In this document: positions 7,825 to 15,079 of the stretch, piece after piece
Numbering within the stretch: the stretch's first letter is position 1
Layout of the letters: each line of letters begins with the position of its first letter
Assembly (NCBI GenBank): GCA_018824115.1
Contig: JAHJGY010000077.1
Location: 1-15,929 of the forward strand
DNA from: Patescibacteria group bacterium
Lineage (GTDB): Bacteria; Patescibacteriota; 4484-211
DNA: 15,929 nucleotides
Direction of reading: 5' to 3'
Notes under the pieces: model-generated
Seen by the model: only the letters and a program-made list of their open reading frames with translations
Told to the model about the DNA's origin: nothing
Databases searched by the model: none
Position numbers and translations under genes: made by a program

Positions 7825-7833
7825 TGCTATAAT
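7825..7833 (+). promoter_or_regulatory. Putative extended -10 promoter (TGcTATAAT) for tdk
   Basis: TGCTATAAT at 7825-7833 gives a leader of about 95 nt to the tdk ATG. A TTACAT -35-like hexamer sits 15 nt upstream. Confidence 0.35.
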
Positions 7834-7861
7834 AAACTTACTGCACGTTCAATATTAGTTT

Positions 7862-7904
7862 CCTGCCAACCTGCCCCACTTGGGGCTTGTTTTATGTGGG
7901 CAGG
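7862..7904 (+). promoter_or_regulatory. Attenuator-like element in the tdk leader (terminator-like hairpin with U-run plus alternative pairing)
   Basis: GCCCC-actt-GGGGC (7873-7886) is followed by TTGTTTTA. Upstream CCTGCCC (7870-7876) can alternatively pair with GGGCAGG (7898-7904). CCTGCC is duplicated at 7862 and 7870. Confidence 0.35.
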
Positions 7905-7934
7905 ATAATAGGTCCAGTAAGGAGGATTGACGCG

Positions 7935-8528
7935 ATGGATATGTGTGGCTGGCCCCAGGGAGGATGGATTTTCGTCTATTGTGGCCCGATGTACTCCGGT
8001 AAAACTCTGCGTCTTGTCTTGGATGCCGCCTACTATGAGCATTACGCCGGTTACAAAGTCCAGGTTTTCAAGCATGGTCTGGATGCAGAACGTTACAGTA
8101 TCGATAGTCTTGATTCGCATACCGGAATCAAACACCCTGCTGTAGCAGTTTACGATTCGTCTCAGATACGGGCTTTGATTGAGCCCGAAACGCGGGTAAT
8201 TATCATCGATGAGGCAAATTTTTTTGACGAGGGGTTACCGGTACTTGTCAGGTGGTTGGCGGATGAAGGGCGATTGGTCATTGTCGGCGGCCTGGACATG
8301 GACAGTTTTGGAACACCTTTTGGCCCAATGCCGGACTTGTTAGCCATGGCTGATCAGGTAGTAAAATGCCATGCCGCTTGTGATTTTTGCGGCCGGCCAG
8401 CAACTTATACGTGGCGAAGGCCGAATGCCCCTCAAGATCAGGTTCTGGTCGGTGGTAAAAGCCTTTTTAAGGCAGCTTGTCGGACTTGTTACAGAACGCA
8501 GGGTCAGGAGAAGGGAAAGATCAGTTGA
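7935..8528 (+). CDS. tdk: Thymidine kinase (TK1-type with C-terminal zinc ribbon)
   Basis: The P-loop is GWIFVYCGPMYSGKT. VIIIDEANFF and VIVGGLDMDSFGTPFG are present, as are the Cys motifs CHAACDFCG and ACRTCY. SD AAGGAGGA lies 8 nt upstream of the ATG at 7935. The longer ORF starting at 7887 is rejected. Confidence 0.9.
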   Translation: MDMCGWPQGGWIFVYCGPMYSGKTLRLVLDAAYYEHYAGYKVQVFKHGLDAERYSIDSLDSHTGIKHPAVAVYDSSQIRALIEPETRVIIIDEANFFDEGLPVLVRWLADEGRLVIVGGLDMDSFGTPFGPMPDLLAMADQVVKCHAACDFCGRPATYTWRRPNAPQDQVLVGGKSLFKAACRTCYRTQGQEKGKIS

Positions 8529-8535
8529 TTTCCGA

Positions 8536-8612
8536 GGGAGTGTAACTTGCTGGCAATAATTGCTTACTTCACGTAAGCTAGCAAGTTACACACCTCCCCC
8601 ATTTTTTGATTT
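8536..8612 (+). terminator. Intrinsic terminator of tdk
   Basis: A long imperfect stem, GGAG-GTGTAACTTGCT ... AGCAAGTTACAC-acc-CTCC, has nested small palindromes in its loop and is followed by CCCATTTTTTGATTTCGTTTTTA. Confidence 0.65.
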
Positions 8613-8663
8613 CGTTTTTATCTTTCAAGAAATGCAATATTTCCTAGTTAAAGGTTAGGCTGA

Positions 8664-8672
8664 TGATATAAT
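8664..8672 (+). promoter_or_regulatory. Extended -10 promoter (TGaTATAAT) 7 nt upstream of the mutS ATG, a candidate leaderless transcript
   Basis: TGATATAAT at 8664-8672 is followed by CGGGTTG and then the ATG at 8680. No SD is available in this spacing. Confidence 0.4.
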
Positions 8673-8679
8673 CGGGTTG

Positions 8680-11226
8680 ATGGCAAAAGTACTCGACGAC
8701 CTTAACTTTAAGACCCCAATGATGCAGCAGTACTTGGATATTAAGAAACAATATCCAGACTGCATTCTACTTTTCCGCCTTGGTGATTTTTACGAGATGT
8801 TTTTGGGAGACGCTAAGATTGGCTCCGAAGTGTTAGGTATTACTTTAACCTCCAGAAGTCGTGGTCAAGACGGACGGATTCCGATGTGTGGTGTTCCCTA
8901 TCACGCTATAGATGCCTATTTAGGCAAACTAACGAAAGCTGGTCATAAAGTGGCGATTTGTGAGCAGATGGAGGATGCTTGTGAGGCAAAAGCCCACCGA
9001 TCCGGCGGACAAGGAGTGGTTGAGCGGGATGTCGTACGGGTGGTAACACCAGGCACGGTCCTCGATGATAGGAATTTAGTCCAAAAAGAGAATAATTATC
9101 TTTTAGCGATCGAGGTGGATAAGAAATATTTGGGTCTGGCCTATGCAGATTTAAGTACGGGCGAGCTGTCAATACGTCAGGTTGAATTTCGGAACCTGGA
9201 GAAGGGTTTAGCGGCCGAAATCCTTAGAATTAAGCCGGTAGAGGTAATTTCTTCTCACGGAAATTATAACAAGGCCGATGTGTTAAGGGCGTTACGGGTT
9301 GTCCCAGGGGTGAACATATTTCCTTACGATAATTGGGAATCCGCGGTTAGGGATGCCCACAAGGTCCTTCGGGAACATTTTCAGGTTAAAGCATTTGGTG
9401 GTTTTGGAATTGATCCTCGGCAAAACCAGCAGGCCCTCAGAGCCGCTGCTGCCTTACTAACCTATCTAAAAGAGACCCAAAAGGGGCCGCTAAAACATAT
9501 TCAGAAACTGACTCCTTATCAGTCGGATCGAGTGCTTCGGTTAGGCGCAGCTACGATCGCCAATTTAGAATTGTTTTCTACTCTCCGGGGACAACAGCGG
9601 CAAGGTACTTTAATTGAGGTTCTTGATAGAACGCGGACGGCTGCCGGGGGAAGAAAAATTCGTCATTGGTTGTTACAGCCATTACGAGAACTGGAAGATA
9701 TAAATCAGCGCTTGGATGCGATACAGGTATTAAAGGGTGACCTAACGGAACGGGAGTCAGTGCAGGAAATGTTAGCTCGGGTATTAGATATTGAGCGTCT
9801 CATTTCCAGAATATCAGTTGGCATAGCAAATCCCAGAGATTTAGTTGGATTAAGAGTTTCCCTAGAAAATGTTGGCAAAATTGTTTTGTTTCTGGAAAGC
9901 AGTTTCCCCTCTTTGATTTATTTGCTGCCTAGCGGGTTAATCGAACAAGTAGAACCATTGCGAGAACTCTTGGTTCGGAAAATCAAGCCGGAGCCTCCGG
10001 TTTTGCTAACAGAAGGAGGATATATCGCCGATGGGGTTTCCGCAGAGTTAGATGAATATCGGGGGGTTTTGTCTGGAAGTAAGTCCTGGCTAAAAGATTT
10101 TGAGGAACAGGAAAGAAAGCGGACAGGGATAGGCTCCCTTAAAGTTGGTTATAACAAGGTGTTTGGTTTTTATATTGAGGTGAGCAAGTCCAATCTAAAC
10201 AAAGTTCCCCCGCATTATATTCGTAAGCAAACCCTGGTTAATGCCGAACGTTATATAGTCCCCGAGCTAAAAAAAGGAGAAGAAACTGCGTTGCAAGCAG
10301 AAGAGAGAGCAAAAGCATTGGAAAAAGATCTTTTTAGAGAGGTTTTAGTTGAAATCCTTCAGTACATTGATGTTGCCCAGCAGATTGCTCAGCGGGCTGC
10401 CGAGCTTGACGTATTCTGTAGCCTGGCCGAAGTTGCGCAAAGAAATTGTTATGTTCGGCCAGAGTTAGCAAAAGATGGTGAATTGCTAATTAGAAATGGC
10501 CGGCACCCAGTTATTGAGCAGTTGCGGGAAGAGGTATTTGTTCCCAATGATACAGAGATGAGATCCGGTGATGCGCAGATCCTTTTGATTACCGGACCTA
10601 ATATGGCCGGGAAATCCACTTATCTGCGCCAGGTAGCGCTAATTACCTTGTTAGCACAAATGGGCAGTTTTGTTCCCGCCGATAGTGCTAAAATACCGAT
10701 TCGGGATCAGATTTATACCCGGGTCGGGGCTACCGATAATATCAGTCTGGGACAGAGTACTTTCTTGGTGGAAATGATGGAGACAGCTAATATCTTGAAT
10801 AATTGCACTTCCAGAAGTCTAGTTATTTTTGATGAAATTGGACGAGGAACTAGTACCTTTGATGGCATGAGTATTGCCTGGGCAGTGGTTGAATATTTCG
10901 CTGATAATACAGAGCGGTCTGCCTATACGCTTTTTGCCACTCACTATCATGAATTAACAGTTCTATCACAGAAATTCCGGCAGATACAGAATTTGCAAAT
11001 GGCGGTGAATCGCGAGGGGGACGAAATTGTTTTTTTGCATAAAGTGGTGGAAGGCAGTGCTTGGCAGAGTTACGGGATTGAAGTAGCTAAATTGGCGGGA
11101 CTGCCGCGGTCAGTGGTGAAAAGGGCGCAAGAAGTATTACAGCGAGTGAAACACGAACAAAAAAAGATTTCGGTGAGAGGGATCGACGGAGCGGAGGGAA
11201 AAGAACAAATTAGCCTGTTGGAGTGA
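8680..11226 (+). CDS. mutS: DNA mismatch repair protein MutS
   Basis: The N-terminal mismatch-binding block is TPMMQQYLDIKKQYPDCILLFRLGDFYEMF. Walker A is GPNMAGKST and ...DEIGRGTSTFDG... is present. The length is about 848 aa. Confidence 0.95.
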   Translation: MAKVLDDLNFKTPMMQQYLDIKKQYPDCILLFRLGDFYEMFLGDAKIGSEVLGITLTSRSRGQDGRIPMCGVPYHAIDAYLGKLTKAGHKVAICEQMEDACEAKAHRSGGQGVVERDVVRVVTPGTVLDDRNLVQKENNYLLAIEVDKKYLGLAYADLSTGELSIRQVEFRNLEKGLAAEILRIKPVEVISSHGNYNKADVLRALRVVPGVNIFPYDNWESAVRDAHKVLREHFQVKAFGGFGIDPRQNQQALRAAAALLTYLKETQKGPLKHIQKLTPYQSDRVLRLGAATIANLELFSTLRGQQRQGTLIEVLDRTRTAAGGRKIRHWLLQPLRELEDINQRLDAIQVLKGDLTERESVQEMLARVLDIERLISRISVGIANPRDLVGLRVSLENVGKIVLFLESSFPSLIYLLPSGLIEQVEPLRELLVRKIKPEPPVLLTEGGYIADGVSAELDEYRGVLSGSKSWLKDFEEQERKRTGIGSLKVGYNKVFGFYIEVSKSNLNKVPPHYIRKQTLVNAERYIVPELKKGEETALQAEERAKALEKDLFREVLVEILQYIDVAQQIAQRAAELDVFCSLAEVAQRNCYVRPELAKDGELLIRNGRHPVIEQLREEVFVPNDTEMRSGDAQILLITGPNMAGKSTYLRQVALITLLAQMGSFVPADSAKIPIRDQIYTRVGATDNISLGQSTFLVEMMETANILNNCTSRSLVIFDEIGRGTSTFDGMSIAWAVVEYFADNTERSAYTLFATHYHELTVLSQKFRQIQNLQMAVNREGDEIVFLHKVVEGSAWQSYGIEVAKLAGLPRSVVKRAQEVLQRVKHEQKKISVRGIDGAEGKEQISLLE

Positions 11227-11232
11227 ATTTTG

Positions 11233-13002
11233 ATGTCTACCAAAATTAAGATTTTATCCCAAAAGTTAGTTGACCAAATAGCTGCTGGTGAAGTGGTCGA
11301 GCGCCCAGCGTCAGTGGTAAAGGAATTAGTCGAAAACTCAATAGATGCTGGGGCTAGTTTTGTTGAAATAGAAGTTCTTCAAGGAGGGCGGGACAAAATA
11401 GTGGTTCGAGATAATGGTATGGGAATGAGTGCAGATGACCTGCGGTTAGCTTGTAAACGATACGCGACCAGCAAAATTGATACAGTCGACGACTTAACTT
11501 CGATTAAAACCTTTGGGTTTCGCGGAGAAGCTCTTTCCAGTATTGCCGCTGTGTCTAGAATTAATGTTAAAACAGCGGTTAAGGGAGCCGTGCAAGGGAC
11601 AGAGTTAATTCTTGAGGGTAGTAAAGAGCAATCACTGCGATCTTGCGCCCATCCCCAAGGAACAACTATTGTTGTTTCCGATCTTTTCTATAATCTCCCT
11701 GTTCGCAAGAAGTTTCTTAAAACTGCTGGTAGCGAGTTCGGCCGCATCCGTGACTGGGTTGTGGCCCAATCGTTGGCTTGCCCTGAGATTGGATTTCTGC
11801 TTAGACACAATCAGCGGGAGGCATTTAATTTTCCACCTGGCCAAACTTGGGATAAACGAGTTCAGACAGCATTAAACATTTCTCTAGACGATTTTGTTCC
11901 TATTTCTATAAAAACAGAACATTTGGAGATTAACGGCGTGGCTAGTTTAGTGCAAGTAGCGCGTCGGCGACGGACAAACCAATTTCTTTTTGTAAACCAG
12001 CGCTTCTTGCAGAACAAGACAGTTTGGGGGGCGGTCCGCGAAGCATATAAAGGGATACTTCCGGCGGGCTTGCATCCTCAGTACGTGATCGACTTAAGAA
12101 TTCGCGAAGATTTGATTGATGTAAACGTGCATCCGCGGAAAGAGGAAGTGCGTTTTGTTGTTCCCTCTTTAGTTTTTGATGCAGTTGTTAATGCTATCCG
12201 CAGTGCTCTAAGTCGGTGTTTAGAGGACGGGACTGCCCCGATCCCATCGGTGCGGAGGGTAGCAAAACCACAATCAGATACAACCGGGGTTTGTGTTAGC
12301 GAGAAACTTAATTTTAGCTACGTGAAGCGCGGTTCTGATTACGTTCATTCGGTGCCGGTATTGTCAGAGACAGGTTTTGATCAGAGAGATATACCCGCAA
12401 ATGATATTTTCCAGATTGGCCTGCTATATATTGTTGTTCTTAAAGAGAGCGGATTCCTAATATACGATCAACATGCTGTTGAGGAAAAGATTTTACTGGT
12501 CGAATTTATTCAACAATTTAAAGAGCAGCAAACTAAAGGCTATGGGCAAGAACTCCTTTTCCCGGAAAAAATGGACTTGTCTGATTCTGAACGTGAAGTG
12601 TTAGAGGAACAGCAAGGGTTTTTAGAAAGGTTAGGATTTCGGTTCAGTTTTTCGGAGAATAGTCAGGTTTTCGTGGAGGCTGTGCCGGTTAATGTGAAGG
12701 ACCGAAATATTAAGCAGATTATACTGGGATTTATTGATGATTGTTTGTCACGTTCAGAATATGTCGGCGGCGCAAGTTTGGGTTTTGAGCCGGGAATAGA
12801 TAGAGGTTCTTTACAAGCGCTGACATACCTGGCTTGTCGCAGTGCGGTTAAGCAAGGGGAAAGATTATCAGTAGCCAGGATGAGAGCCTTGGTAGATAGC
12901 GTGGAGCGACTGGGAGAACAAGGCGCTAGTTGTCCGCACGGGCGGCCGACAAAAATTAAATTACTGCTTGAAGACTTGCACAAGATGTTTAAAAGGCGGT
13001 AG
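11233..13002 (+). CDS. mutL: DNA mismatch repair protein MutL (endonuclease type)
   Basis: The N-terminal GHKL ATPase has IAAGEVVERPASVVKELVENSIDAG. The C-terminal region carries DQHAVEEKILLVE, ACR, FRF and SCPHGRP endonuclease-type motifs. The ATG at 11233 lies 6 nt after the mutS stop. Confidence 0.93.
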   Translation: MSTKIKILSQKLVDQIAAGEVVERPASVVKELVENSIDAGASFVEIEVLQGGRDKIVVRDNGMGMSADDLRLACKRYATSKIDTVDDLTSIKTFGFRGEALSSIAAVSRINVKTAVKGAVQGTELILEGSKEQSLRSCAHPQGTTIVVSDLFYNLPVRKKFLKTAGSEFGRIRDWVVAQSLACPEIGFLLRHNQREAFNFPPGQTWDKRVQTALNISLDDFVPISIKTEHLEINGVASLVQVARRRRTNQFLFVNQRFLQNKTVWGAVREAYKGILPAGLHPQYVIDLRIREDLIDVNVHPRKEEVRFVVPSLVFDAVVNAIRSALSRCLEDGTAPIPSVRRVAKPQSDTTGVCVSEKLNFSYVKRGSDYVHSVPVLSETGFDQRDIPANDIFQIGLLYIVVLKESGFLIYDQHAVEEKILLVEFIQQFKEQQTKGYGQELLFPEKMDLSDSEREVLEEQQGFLERLGFRFSFSENSQVFVEAVPVNVKDRNIKQIILGFIDDCLSRSEYVGGASLGFEPGIDRGSLQALTYLACRSAVKQGERLSVARMRALVDSVERLGEQGASCPHGRPTKIKLLLEDLHKMFKRR

Positions 13003-13078
13003 TAAGTTACTTGCAATCTGCGAGCGGGGGGGTGCAGTGTTGACAGAAGTTTTATTTTGGTGTTAGGATGGGACTGAG

Positions 13079-13654
13079 ATGCACTGGAGTGTAAAAGGCA
13101 TAATTAAAGTTTTTAGCACAGTCTCGTTTGTTGTTTTTTACCTTTTTTTAATTCCCTGGCTTACTCATGAATTAGGTAAAAGTCTTGACTGGCTGTTTCT
13201 TCATTACTTTTTTAGTATTGATGTATTGGCATTGCCGGCACAAATTGTCTCTATTCTACGCGCCTTTGGCTGGGGGGTCATGGCTACTGGTTCCATTATT
13301 TTTATTAAATCCTGGCTTGATCTGGCCAGAGCGGCCAAGTTTTTACCAATTATTGCTTTGGCACGAAAGAATCTGGGTCCCCAAAAACTAGTCACTACTG
13401 GCCTCTACGCCCATGTAAGGCATCCAATGCTGTTGGGGTACCTTGTCTGCCTGTTTGGATTATCAATAGTTAGCCTATCCCCATTCATGGCAATTTGGGT
13501 GGTTCCTCTAGTTGGCTATTTTTCGTTAACCGTGGAAGTAGAAACTGAGGAACGCGAACTTAATTCGTGGTTTGGTAAAAAATACCGAGAGTATCAGAAA
13601 AAGGTGCCTGCACTTATCCCCCGCTGTTGTAAACCCCAGCCCGAAAAAGGGTAA
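13079..13654 (+). CDS. ICMT/PEMT-family membrane methyltransferase (isoprenylcysteine carboxyl methyltransferase-like)
   Basis: The 191-aa polytopic membrane protein contains LVTTGLYAHVRHPMLLGY ... EERELNSWFGKKYREYQKKVP, the C-terminal signature of the ICMT/PEMT family. It is preceded by TGtTAGGAT 8 nt from the ATG. Confidence 0.7.
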   Translation: MHWSVKGIIKVFSTVSFVVFYLFLIPWLTHELGKSLDWLFLHYFFSIDVLALPAQIVSILRAFGWGVMATGSIIFIKSWLDLARAAKFLPIIALARKNLGPQKLVTTGLYAHVRHPMLLGYLVCLFGLSIVSLSPFMAIWVVPLVGYFSLTVEVETEERELNSWFGKKYREYQKKVPALIPRCCKPQPEKG

Positions 13655-13687
13655 ATACGGGCTGACGATTTGTGAGATAATCTTCCC

Positions 13688-15079
13688 ATGTCTAAGACTT
13701 ACAGTTCAGAGGTTCTTGATAAACTAGATCAGAAAGTTATATTAAAAGGATGGGTTCATTCCCGCCGCGATCATGGCCAGGTAGTTTTTATAGATTTACG
13801 CGATAGCACTGGATTGGTACAGATAGTTTTTGCCGCGGATAAGGATAAAAAGGTATTTAACACATCTCAGAGTTTAAAAAATGAGATGGTGGTCAGTGTG
13901 GAGGGGGTGGTGAGGAAGCGGGAGGAGAAATATATTAACACCAAGATTAAAACGGGAACAGTGGAGGTAGAAGCGAGAAAATTGGGGATAATTAGTAAAT
14001 CCGAAGAAGCCCCTTTTCCTTTAGACACTGATGGCCGAGAAATTGATGAGAATATCCGCTTAAAATATCGCTATTTGGATTTAAGGCGGGAGCGTCTACA
14101 ATACACTTTACGGCTTCGCCATCGGGCAATTCAATTTATCCGGGATTTTCTAACTAAGCGGGAGTTTGCGGAGATTGAGACGCCGATTTTAACTAAAGCA
14201 ACGCCGGAAGGGGCCCGTGATTTTATTGTTCCTTCTCGATTGCAGCAAGGACGGTTTTATGCCTTGCCGCAAAGTCCCCAGCAGTATAAGCAATTATTAA
14301 TGGTGGCTGGGTTTGAGCGCTATTTCCAGATTGCCCGCTGTTTCCGCGACGAGGACCCGCGGGCCGATCGAGCTTATGGTGAGTTTACCCAGCTGGATTT
14401 GGAAATGTCTTTTGCTACCCAAGATGAGATTTTAAGCCTTACCGAAGAGCTAATGATTGAGATAACAGAGCTGGTTCTGGGTAAAAAAGTTTTCCAAAAG
14501 CCATTTCCGCGCTTTACTTACAAGGAGGCGATGAGTAAATATGGGGCAGATAAGTTTGATTTGCGCAAGGTTCAAGATCCGGAGATACTTGCTTTTGCCT
14601 GGGTAGTTGATTTTCCGTTATTCGAAAAGACAGAGACTCGTGAGATAGCATCCATGCACCATCCCTTTACTGCTCCCAAGGACGAAGATTTACCCCTACT
14701 AGAAACAGAGCCAATGAAGGCGCGTTCCTGGCAGCACGATCTGGTTTGTAATGGTCACGAAGTTGGTGGCGGAAGTATTCGGATTACTGATCCCAAAATT
14801 CAGCAGAAGATTTTTGAGATTTTAGGACACGGCGAGGAGGAAATTCAGCGCAAGTTCGGTCACTTACTGGAAGCGTTCAAATACGGTGTCCCCCCGCACG
14901 GAGGGATTGCCCCCGGAATTGACCGTTTATTAATGGTGGCTTTAAATGAGCCTTCATTAAGAGAGGTAATTGCTTTTCCTATGACATCTGGGGGGCGAGC
15001 ATCTGTAATGGAAGCTCCAGGAGAGGTATCTCAAGAGCAGTTGGACGAGTTGGGGATCAAAGTAAAGGAAAATGAGTGA
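13688..15079 (+). CDS. aspS: Aspartyl-tRNA synthetase, bacterial-type sequence but short (no GAD insertion domain)
   Basis: The N-terminal OB fold has GWVHSRRDHGQVVFIDLRDSTGLVQIVF. Class II motifs are FYALPQSPQQYKQLLMVAGFERYFQIARCFRDED and GGGSIRI...GIAPGIDRL. DKFDLR is followed directly by WVVDFPLFE...HHPFTAP, with no GAD insert of about 130 aa. The length is 463 aa against about 590 aa for typical bacterial AspRS. Confidence 0.9.
   Translation: MSKTYSSEVLDKLDQKVILKGWVHSRRDHGQVVFIDLRDSTGLVQIVFAADKDKKVFNTSQSLKNEMVVSVEGVVRKREEKYINTKIKTGTVEVEARKLGIISKSEEAPFPLDTDGREIDENIRLKYRYLDLRRERLQYTLRLRHRAIQFIRDFLTKREFAEIETPILTKATPEGARDFIVPSRLQQGRFYALPQSPQQYKQLLMVAGFERYFQIARCFRDEDPRADRAYGEFTQLDLEMSFATQDEILSLTEELMIEITELVLGKKVFQKPFPRFTYKEAMSKYGADKFDLRKVQDPEILAFAWVVDFPLFEKTETREIASMHHPFTAPKDEDLPLLETEPMKARSWQHDLVCNGHEVGGGSIRITDPKIQQKIFEILGHGEEEIQRKFGHLLEAFKYGVPPHGGIAPGIDRLLMVALNEPSLREVIAFPMTSGGRASVMEAPGEVSQEQLDELGIKVKENE

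Noticed and set aside
7887-7934. Upstream extension of tdk, MFYVGRIIGPVRRIDA
   Set aside because: A strong SD (AAGGAGGA) is correctly spaced before the ATG at 7935. Thymidine kinases begin just before the P-loop. The extension would overlap the leader hairpin and U-run.
11612-13016. ORFs 11612-11875(+), 11632-11844(-) and 12663-13016(-) within mutL
   Set aside because: They are alternative-frame or antisense shadows inside a full-length MutL with intact ATPase and endonuclease motifs.
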